Shown one piece after another: positions 1-10,081 of a DNA stretch of 64,000 nt. Position 1 is the first letter of the stretch. Every line of letters begins with the position of its first letter. Origin of the DNA: Octopus vulgaris (lineage: Eukaryota); assembly GCA_951406725.2 (NCBI GenBank), contig OX597814.1, positions 108,872,001-108,936,000 of the forward strand. Reading direction: 5' to 3'. The notes below the pieces were generated by a model that was not told the DNA's origin, searched no databases, and was given only the letters and a program-made list of their open reading frames with translations. Position numbers and translations under genes: made by a program.

Positions 1-84
1 CTTGGTTCATATGCCACTTGTGTCTATGGTTCCAATTCCTCTCTCAGTAATCTCACATATACACAGTCACAGTGGTTTATTTAC

Positions 85-230
85 CTTTCACAATGAAATA
101 AAATTTTGGCAATATGGCTGTCAAGTTTCAGTTCTTTTAAAAGTTGTTTTGACTTGAACTTCCAGAACTTCAATGTTCCATCTGCTCCAGCTGTGACAGT
201 GATTTGGTTATTGGCATTGACAGCAATGCC
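85..230 (-). pseudogene. WDR36: Orphan, 5'-truncated exon fragment resembling WDR36/Utp21 (WD40 repeat)
   Basis: Minus strand translates GIAVNANNQITVTAGADGTLKFWKFKSKQLLKELKLDSHIAKILFHCE(S), which matches my recollection of WDR36 'GVAVDGLNQLTVTTGSEGLLKFWNFK...MLLHRDS'. It ends at an AG|GTAAAT donor (79-84). Upstream there is an in-frame TGA (246-248) and no AG acceptor before ~290. Confidence 0.7.
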
Positions 231-2361
231 AATGAATAATAATTTTCAAAAGAAAAAATATTTATTACGTTAAAATTAAACAAAATAACTTTCTCATTTA
301 TTTATTTGCAATAGAATTGTTAGTGCATCAGACAAAATGCTTAGTACTATTTCCTTCAGATTTTTACATTCTGAGTTCAAACCCCATAGAGGTCAACTTT
401 GCTTTTCAGTCTTTCAGGGTCATTAAAATGATGCCTTGTATCGAAGATTGGAACAGTTGTTTTTCTAAATTTTATCAACAATTTATCAAAAATTCATCTC
501 TACAAAATTTGAAGTTCTTCCATAATCACTCTGTCATTTACTTCTCCTTCTCAATCTTTGTGATTCTTTTCTATCTTCCACTGTGTGGCTGTGGCATTGC
601 TTTACTCATTGTCTACCAGCAAGCTTACGCGCACTCATTCTACACCTGTTACTTTCACTCTCTATATATCTCTTTTACTTTCTTTCCTTCTCTCAATATG
701 ATATAATACATGGCTGAATAAATCTGCCAACCATCATATGTACCAGCTATTATTAAATAGTAATATAACTTGAAGACAATCAAGTAATTTATGCATTTGT
801 GTACTTTACAAGAATGAACCAGTTTCAGTTTTAAAATTAGACAGATAGCTAACACTTTATTCTGGACTTGTCAGTGATATGTAGTAACTTGGCAGTGTTG
901 TCAGAGCATTGGATAGACTGTACTGAGACTTGCAGTTGTGAGTTCAAATTGCACTGAGATCAACTTTGCAATTTAATGTTTCAGGATGAATTTTAGAAAA
1001 AAGTAGTATTCTAGGCTGGTGGCTTCCCAGAGCTGTAACAACATCAGACTGAATGCCTTGTGGTATTCATTCCTGCTGTTTGTATTCTGAGTTTAAATCC
1101 CTCCATGGCCTACTTGGGTGGCAGACTTAATCCGTTGCCCAGTTTAACCATACTACCTGACATCTTGGGTGCCTTTGGAGGAGGAGTCCATTCCATTGCA
1201 GGCCTTCAGACCAAGTCTCTGGTTAAAGAGTATCTTTCTTACTCATTGCCTCCTGTAACAACTCATGGACCCTGTTCTTTTGTCCTCACTAAGCAATCAC
1301 TTCCAGACCTCTAAAAACTTGCTCCCTCTTAATTAAACAACTGTTGAGTACAAAGCACAAGCTATGTGAAATTTATGTTTTGCTTCCTTCATTCTGAATA
1401 TGTTGCTTCTGGGGGATCATTTTAGTTGATTGTATATATACATGGAAGTTGGTCCCACTTGGATTTACTGCAATGTAATAACGCATTGGTGTTTAACAAC
1501 CTATTATTAATCAAGTCCTTAATTACCATTGGTTTATCTTTTAATGTTTACACATTGGTTCTCTATATTAGGGGTTGGCAAAGCAGTCAGTTTAATCCCT
1601 GGGAAGGTGTCTAGTCTAGGGGCTAATGAACACATGAACTGATTTTGAGTGTTAAGGGTTCTAAATTATTAGTTAACCGAATCTAGAAGACTGCTGCAAT
1701 TTAAGGCTTAAACTAATTTCCAGCAAAATATCAGTGCGATAACTAGTGTTCATCAAACAAATAATTCATAATAAATATTCCAACAATATCAATATGACTG
1801 AATTTTTATTGGTCTTTATCAATTTCATTAAGCATTTTAATTAAATTTCTTTAAATATCTCTTATTAATAAGCTGTAATGACAGAAAGAAAAAAATAACA
1901 AAACCAAAAAAAAAACAAAAAGGAATTATTGTTTTAAAATCAAGAATTTTTTTTGTTAATTATACTTTTTAATTTTATTTTAGAAATTTACATGATGAGG
2001 ATCAATAAGTTATCAATGATTACATGAAGGGGTCAATGATGTAAGAAGTTTGCTGACCCCTGCTCTAGATGGTTACATATTTGACTCAATCCTTGAAACA
2101 ATGCAGTTCTTTTCTAAATTTTTAACCAATAGCCGATGTTGTACTTTGGTAATTTAATAACATCCAAAGGTAAATCATTTTAAGCTCTAGAGTTCTTTTT
2201 ATTGTTGTAATTCATAATTTGTAGCTCTCAGTTTCCACCTGTTTGAGTATTTCATGTTTCAGAAGGTGTTGAATTAACAAAGTTGTTTTATCTAGATTTT
2301 ATACTGATAGGTGACCTGTTCTCCAACAGGCTCATACACATGTACATAGGGTTCTTGTGAG

Positions 2362-2553
2362 GACATATGGCTTAATGGTTAGGGTATTCAGCTCGCGAAT
2401 GTAAGGTCATGTGTTTGATTCCTGGTGGCATGTTGTGTCCTTCAGCAAGAGTCTTTATTTCACATTGCTGTAGTTCACTCTGCTGGCAAAAATGAGTTTG
2501 TACCTGTATTTCGAAGGGCCAACCTTGTCACATTCTGTGCCATGCTAAATTCT

Positions 2554-2594
<41 letters not shown>

Positions 2595-2900
2595 GCATGC
2601 TGCGTAATGGTTAGGGTTTTCAGCTCACAAACGTAAGGTCATGTGTTAGATTCCTGGTAGCATGTTGTATCCTTCAGCAAGAGTCTTTATTTCACATTGC
2701 TGCAGTCCACTCAGCTGGCAAAAATTAATAGTACCTGTAATTCAAAGGGTCAGTCTTGTCACATTCTGTGTCATATTGAATCATTAAGGGTGTGCATGTC
2801 TGTGGAGTGCTCAACCACTTGCACAGTAATTTCACGAGCAGGCTGTTCCGCTGATTGGATCAGCTGGAACCTTCATCGTTGTAACTGCTGGGGTGCCATC
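2362..2900 (+). mobile_element. Two tandem tRNA-derived SINE copies separated by a (TA)n tract
   Basis: 2362-2556 and ~2597-2790 are homologous (TAATGGTTAGGGT...CAGCTC...GTAAGGTCATGTGTT...ATTCCTGGT...CAGCAAGAGTCTTTATTTCACATTGCTG) with A/B-box-like heads. Confidence 0.6.
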
Positions 2901-3750
2901 AACAGTAGGGGCAGTGGTAGTTCTATTGAATTGCCTGCTCTTGAGTTAATGAGTAAGTGACTGAGTATTCCACAGATACATGTACTCTTAACATAATTCT
3001 CAGGCAGAGTCAGTATCATGCAAAGCTGTAATCTTTCAAATTATAGGACAACCCATCTTATGAGCTTCCATACAGTTTCTATCAACCCAGTTTTACTTGC
3101 AATGTATGCATCAATCTGAGGCTATAGGAAAGATTTTTGTCCAAGATGCTATGCAGTGAAATTGATCCCGTTTCCCCATGATTACAAAGCAACCTTATTA
3201 AACATTCAACCATTTTGTACCTATTACAAAGTTATTAATTTGCAAGTAAAACAAAACTTAGTAATTAATTATAAAATACAACAAAAATAAGTAGTTGTTG
3301 TTTTGGCCCTGTTATATTCATAACTAGGTGAACATTCTTATTGTACTTTTACGATTGTGTGTTGCAATTATGGTAGAACGATGGTTCTATATGTTCCATC
3401 ATCTACCATTTCTAAAGTTGTGCTCTCATCGTTACTGTACAAGTTGTTGTATTTGGTTAAGAGTTATGTTGAGTCTCAGATTCAGGAGCTTGAAATAAAT
3501 GACTTGTTGACACTGTATCGTTCCCCATCAATATTTCAAATTGAATTTGATGAAGTAGCACAAGACTACTCCAGTCACCAGCACCTTTCCAATTAATGGA
3601 TCTATTTTTGGTAGCCAAACATGTTTTTTTAAGATATATTGATTTCCAGAATCAGGAAGTGATTTTGTCAATGTCAGAAATTAAGATAAAAATCATCTGG
3701 ACTTTCCAGTATAGAATGATGTGCCAAGTTAATTACTATACTGTGTTTAA

Positions 3751-3969
3751 CCCTTTTGTTACCATATTTCTGTGGAAATACACTGCAGTTGTTTCAGCTA
3801 ATTTTGAAAATAATGAAGAATTTAGACTAACTTTGTCATTATGAAGCTGGTGTATGGAATATAAATAAACTTGAAATTTTGATGGAAGATTTAAATTTAG
3901 ATCACTTTAAAGCAGGCAGTGTGTGCTAGAAGAACCAGGGTGGTCCCAGGTGGATTGGTATCAAAAAAG
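3751..3969. mobile_element. piggyBac-type MITE (TTAA target site)
   Basis: TTAA|CCCTTTTGTTACC ... GGTATCAAAAAAG|TTAA. Same family as 9471-10081, ~16460-16680, ~21110-21295 and ~59265-59830. Confidence 0.65.
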
Positions 3970-4130
3970 TTAAAACTCCAAAAAGTAAAGTTCTAATATT
4001 TAGTAAAAGACGTGGGAGTTTTTCGTGCCATTGTTTTATAATGTTTGTTTGTATAGGAGATAACTGAGTAGTTTTACCATATCATTCATTTTGGTCATTT
4101 GATGAAGAATAGTAAGATGTGAAAATTTTC

Positions 4131-4440
4131 CATCATCATCATAGTCATCGTTTAATATCCACTTTCCATGCTGGCACAATTGGATGGTTTGACTGAGGGC
4201 TGGCAAGTCAGAAGGCTGAACCAGGCTCCAATCCGATCTGGCAATGTTTCTACAGCTGGATGCCCTTCCTAATGCCAACCACTCTAAGAGTGTAGTGAGT
4301 GCTTTATACGTGCCACTGATATGAGGGCCAGTCAGGCGGTACTGGCATTGGCCACGCTTGATTGGTGCTTTTTACATGCCACCGGCATGGGAGCTAGTCA
4401 GGCAGCACTGGTAACAACCACGCTCAAATGGTGCTTTTTA
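4131..4440 (-). mobile_element. Abundant RTE-tail-related repeat (representative copy)
   Basis: CATCATC...GTTTAA...TTTCCATGCTGGCA...CAGCTGGATGCCCTTCCTAATGCCAACC. The motif recurs many times (e.g. 21615, 27140, 32090, 47780, 50397, 55777, 59850) and is continuous with an RTE ORF end at 56160-56334. Confidence 0.7.
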
Positions 4441-5049
4441 TCACCAGCACGTGCCATGTAAAAAGCACTTGTGCTGGTGCCATATAAAAAGCACCCAGTA
4501 TACTCTGTAAAGTGGTTGGCATTAGGAAGGGTGTCCAGCTGTAGAAACCATGCCAAAACAGACAAATGCAATTTGGTGTAGCTCTCCAGCTTGCCAAATT
4601 CTGTCCAACATGGAAAGCAGATGCTAGATGATGGTGGTGATCATTATAATCATGACCATGGTCAAGATCATCATTATCATTTTACCATCTACTTTCCCAT
4701 GTTGTCATGGGTTTAGACAAGAGTATATTGAGACAGGTTTTTCTACATCTCGATGTCCTTCCTGTTGCCAATGCCCCTCTTATTTCCAGGTGAGGTGGTA
4801 ATCTCTTTGTTCATGGAACACCTACCATCCTTTTCATATTTTATGAGGGGAACTGGAAACAAACAACACTGTTTTTTATGAAGTCTGTTGTTTACATATC
4901 AAAACATGCCATGGAGCTTGTATATCCTTTTTTCATGACGGACTGCAAGCCATTGTTCACAAACCAGTGAACATGAGGGAAACTCAAAACATATATGGAC
5001 ACACACACACACACAAGCAGTTATGATAAGCACTAGTTTGTACCGGTTG

Positions 5050-5087
<38 letters not shown>

Positions 5088-5187
5088 ACCGACCAGACCA
5101 TCAGATGTTGTTACACATCGCTGGTCACAATGCGTTCGCATTGTTTTAGCCTTTGAATGACGCCACCCCGCTGGTTAAGCGAGCAGG

Positions 5188-5224
<37 letters not shown>

Positions 5225-5422
5225 ATAATAATAAATAATTTAGACTAATAGGTTTAAGTTGATTAGTGTGTTTAAATATAGAATAGAGCACCGGCTCAGT
5301 TGAGGCTACTTGTCATCTGCAGTCATGGTACACTTCCTTTGGATCTACTTCAAAACCTCTGCAGTGTCAGTTAGGGTAATTTATTAAATAGCAGGAGATG
5401 GATTGGTAATAAACTTTAATGC

Positions 5423-5524
5423 GTACAACATACATTTTGACCCATCCTGCTATTGTCCTTTATGTGTGGGGCTCCATTCAACGTTATGTTGCATGGATTT
5501 TGCAGTCTGGGTCTCATCAGGTAC
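5423..5524 (-). ncRNA. Decayed type-I hammerhead ribozyme with a long insert in stem II
   Basis: Minus strand reads GTAC-CTGATGA-GACCC-(~63 nt)-GGGTC-AAAAT-GTAT-GTT-GTAC. Stems I and II pair; GAAAC has become AAAAT, consistent with CpG decay. Confidence 0.5.
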
Positions 5525-6163
5525 ATCGATGAAGTAATAAAAAGGGAAATAACACTCAAGATCTGTACTGAGACAAAACTTCATCGATGAGGCCCAGACT
5601 GCAAAATCCATGCAGCATAACATGTTGAATGGAGTCCCACACATAAAGGACAATAGCATAATAAAGTTTATTACCAATCCATCTCTGGTTATTTAATGAA
5701 TTATATATATATATGTTGTGTGCGCATGTTATTGTCTCCTGGACTTAACAATGTGTAGTTGTTGTAAACAAGGGTCACCATCATGCATGTGGTGTCCTTT
5801 ATTGACCATCTTCCATGGAAACATGTCTGGTCATGGGGAAATATTACCCTGTTTGGAGACAGGTTAAGGTTGGGAACAGAAAGGGCTTAGAAAATCTGCC
5901 TCAATAAATTCTATCTGACCTATGCAAGTACAGAAAAGTGGATGTTTAAACGACGATAGTTATGATTCTTTATTTATATTTAAATTTCTCTCATGGATAC
6001 CATGGGGTTATGCATTTCCCATAAAGTTTCTTAAAAGTGACTTTTATTAAATGTAAACAAAACCATTCTTAAGACCAAGGAACCACCAAACATGAAAGAT
6101 TCAACCTTTGTACTGTTGCCCATATATTTTTGCTTTTATATTCTCAAGGATGTGTGTTCATGC

Positions 6164-6196
<33 letters not shown>

Positions 6197-6648
6197 TACT
6201 CCCGGAGTGGTTGGTGTTAGGAAGGGCATCCAGCTGTAGAAACACTGCCAGTTCAGACTGGAGCCTGGTGCAGCCTCCTGGCTTCCCAGACCCCAGTCGA
6301 ACTGTCTAAACCATGCCAGCATGGAAAACAGACGTTAAACGATGATAATGATTCACACACACATAAATTTGTTTAAAAGGAAAACAAACAACATGGCAAG
6401 ACATCTCAAGTCATATATGTTATTATTAAAAATTATTAAAGCAATTGCTTAATAATTTTTAATAACAACAACATATATGACTTGAGTTGTCTTTAACAAG
6501 TTTATATCTGCTGCATCGGAAATCTGCAATAGTTCCATAACTCCTGTCTTGGTTATGAGCTTGGAACCCTGATAATCTGCTACAGCACTTACCCAGCATA
6601 CTCCTTTCCGTTAGATCACCTGTGAACTAAACACCTATATTTTGTGTG

Positions 6649-6698
<50 letters not shown>

Positions 6699-6775
6699 CA
6701 TCCATACATACACACACACATTCTCACATACATATGTTTACATACATACACACATATACATACCTGTATTACATT

Positions 6776-6807
<32 letters not shown>

Positions 6808-7401
6808 AATATGGTACTCCAGCATGGCCACAGTCAAATGACTGAAAAGATACCATTAATATTTACCTAACTTCACTTGCAGCTGGATGCAGTAGATAAA
6901 TTCATGCAAGTTTTTTTCTGCTGCACCGTATACTTGGCAACATGCAATTTTGTATAATAACTAATTTAATTCCAAATGATGTTGGTGTTGACTTTGATTC
7001 TTAATACCGTTAAGTCAATAAAAATAAATATCTTTAATACATTAGGTTTGATTCAGTGAGCTGTACTAAAATGTTGCTAAAGTTTAAAATGCTTTTCTGT
7101 CCAACAAAAAGAAATCTGGAGTAAAGATTGTTTCCCAACATAACATGGCAGTCCTTGTTTAGGACGAATGTTGCTGTAATTTAGCCCCAGGAAACATTGT
7201 CTCCATCTGGCTATATGACACAATCTGTGTCCTTACATTTTTGAACAAGGGAATCTAGCACCCCCACTCAGCTTGAAACAATATATAGTTTTCAAAGTGA
7301 CAACTAGTCACTGATCTATAAATTAGAAAATTACTATTTTTATATCTCACAACGTGAGATATTCAGCAACAGTACTTTGTAGTAAAGATTGTTTGCCATT
7401 T

Positions 7402-7640
7402 ATGTACATTGGATGGATATTTGTCCTCATCTTGATTGTTGTTAACACAATGTTTCGGCCAATATACCCTCCAGTCTTCATCAGGTGTCTTGGGGGAAAT
7501 TTCTATCCTGGGTTCTCATTCCTAAGGTATTTTCAATGTTGTTGTTGTTATTATTATTATTATTATTATTCAGGTCACTGCTTGGAATCGAACTTGGCAT
7601 CTTGAGGTTAGTAGTTTGCGCTCCTAACCACCTAATCATG
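7402..7640 (-). mobile_element. SINE-like element: tRNA-like head + (AAT)n/(AAC)n + hammerhead ribozyme motif
   Basis: Minus strand: TGGTTAGGAGCG (A-box-like)...CTACTAA...AGTTCGATTCC (B box)-AAGCAGTGACCTG-(AAT)n...GACAC-CTGATGA-A-GACTGG-AGGGTATA-TTGGCC-GAAAC-ATT-GTGTT. Confidence 0.7.
7444..7489 (-). ncRNA. Type-I minimal hammerhead ribozyme motif (core CUGAUGA/GAAA intact)
   Basis: Stem I GACAC/GTGTT, CTGATGA plus an extra A, imperfect stem II, then GAAAC-ATT. The consensus of four copies in the window is GAAACGTT. Confidence 0.65.
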
Positions 7641-7657
7641 TTTTTCCTCCTTTTCCC

Positions 7658-7820
7658 CAGTGACCTGAATAATAATAATAATAATAATAATATCAAAATA
7701 TACTTTAGGAATGAGAACCCAGATTCAAAATTTCCCCAAGACACCTGATGAAGACTGGAGGGTATATCAGCCATAACTTTGTGTTAACAAGATGAGGAGA
7801 AATATCTGTCAAATGTAAAT
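7658..7820 (+). mobile_element. Headless inverted copy of the tRNA-hammerhead element (core degenerate)
   Basis: CAGTGACCTG(AAT)n...GACACCTGATGAAGACTGGAGGGTATATCAGCCATAACTTTGTGTTAAC; reverse complement of 7402-7580. Confidence 0.7.
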
Positions 7821-9470
7821 AACACTTGGAACATCAAACAAGATGAATAATTTGGTAAAACAGGGAATAAAAGCTTATGAATTGGCTTTTATTAGGACAG
7901 CTGTGAAGTAGTGATGTTTAAGCTTATTTGAGAACTCAAAATGAAGGAGTTGCCCATTTTAGCAAGTGATTTTGGTCCCAAGCTTTTTTATAACAGCTAC
8001 CTGAATCAAAGACAATTTCCCTATCAAATAAGTTCCTGCTGATTGTACCTAGTTCCCAAAAGAAATTTCCACTTGTTTCACCTGATGATACTACTGGTAC
8101 TATTGTTTATGCACAATAGCATTGCTAAACTTGTATATATACTTTTGTAAAATGTCTTATCATCTCACAGTCAAGACATTCTCATCATCAGCACATTGCT
8201 TATGGACAAAGGTATTTTGCTCCTTCCTTATTAAAAACTGCATAAAAGTTGATTTCCCTGCAGCAGCAACATAAGGATTATGATTATTTATAACAATGCC
8301 ACCCATAATACTAACAGTGGACTCTCCCAACTGAATTTGTAGAAATAGTATCCTGAAATGTAAAATTCTTCCCAGCTTTATAAACAAGGTGAAGCTATGG
8401 TAAACTGTCTTTCAGTTGGTTTCCCAGTTAAGTCCTCAACAAAAAACATTTTTGATAGCATCTTCTCCAAATCATATAGAAATTTACAATATTTCCTTAT
8501 TTGTTTAAGAGAACTGACAGAGTCATTAAAAGATTGTCTCGGTTATTGTTTCAATAAACATAGTCTTATTTGTTCACTGAGTATATTTTTACTGTTTGTG
8601 TATTTGGAATCAATGAAATTTTCAGCTCTTGACCAACACATAATGTTATCTTAGGTTTCCTCTTTTGTAATCTCTGCTCTAGTTTATTGTAGTCACTGAC
8701 TGCTCTGTCTCCCAGACTTAATAGAAATATATCCAATGTATAGTTTTCATCTGGTTTCATAAATCATCATCATCATCATTTAACATCTGCTTTCTATGTT
8801 GGCATTGGTAGGACAGTTTGACAGGGAACTGGCAGGCTACAGGACTGTATCATTCTCTAATGTCATCTTTGGCATGGCTTCTACAGCTGGATGCCCTTCC
8901 TAATGCCAATCACTTTATAGAGTGTATTGGGTGGGGTTTTTTTGTGTGCCACTTGCATAGTAGAAAAAATAGAGAAGGAAAAAAGCTCCCATCATCATAT
9001 TCGTTTAACATCCGTTTTCCATGCTGGCATGGGTTGCTAAGAAAATGTATTTGGGAGGGAAAGGTGGAGGTGAATGGCTGTATGCCAGGTGTTGAAAGGC
9101 AAAAGTACAGGTATATTATCTTTCAGAGTAAGAGGGTTGATTCTGAAAGATAACATAGTTAATTAAAATATTTTTTTAAATAAAAAAATTGGTGTAATCT
9201 GTAATTTCAAGGAGTCAATATCCAATCATAGATACACTTCACACTTTAGAAGTTATTTCCTAATAAGTTGTCAAAGAACTTACATACTGGACTCTTATCT
9301 CACCTTATTCAACTGTTACTAATTAACTTCACAATTATAGAATAATTATAGACAATTATAGAATAACCAGTAGAAGTAGAACGAATAGGTTTTCTTCTCT
9401 AAATTGTTTCAAATATCAGCAGTCTTAGTGAGAATATCATTCTTACCATTAAGCATTTTTACTTCTTTAA

Positions 9471-10081
9471 CCCTTTCATTACCAACCTGACTGAAACCGG
9501 CTCTGGCTCTGTAGTACAAATGTCTTGTTTTCATAAGTTTTGAATTAAAATTTTCCTCCAAACCTTAGTCGCAATTTATGTTCCTAACACTAGGTGAATG
9601 ATAACTAAGTTATTTTACTAAATTCTTTGTTATATTTAGAGTAATTGAAAGAAATACAGAGCATCTCAAAATAAATATGGTAACAAAAGGGTTAAACCCC
9701 TTTGTACCATATTTCTGTTGAAATGAATAATTTTTATTTCAATTGGTTTTGAAAATAATGAAGAATTTAGTAAAATAATTTAGTCATTATTAAGCTGGTG
9801 TTTGGAACATGATTTAATAAGAAATTTTAGTAGAAGGTTTTAATTTAGATCACTTTTAGCTTTTTGTTAGCACATTTCTGTTGAAATGCCCTGACTTTGT
9901 TTCAGTTAAGGTTGAAAACAATGAAAAATTTACTAAAATAACCTTATGGTTAAGCTGGTATTTGGAACATAAATTAGCAAGGAATTTTGATGGAAGGCTT
10001 GCTTTAATTTAGATCACTTAAAGATAGGAAATCTGTATCATAGAACCGGGGGTGGTGTCAGGCAGGTTGGTACCAAAAGGG
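9471..10081. mobile_element. Stack of piggyBac-type MITEs at TTAA sites
   Basis: 9471-9691 is TTAA|CCCTTTCATTACC...GGTAACAAAAGGG|TTAA. A related, oppositely oriented, internally duplicated copy follows and ends GGTACCAAAAGGG|TTAA (10082-10085). Confidence 0.7.

Noticed and set aside
6635-6870. YIYI/HTHT ORFs (also near 11558, 35804, 53691)
   Set aside because: (TA)n and (CA)n microsatellite translations.
7581-7640. tRNA gene
   Set aside because: A/B-box-like motifs are present, but no acceptor stem forms and it is the head of a repeat family.
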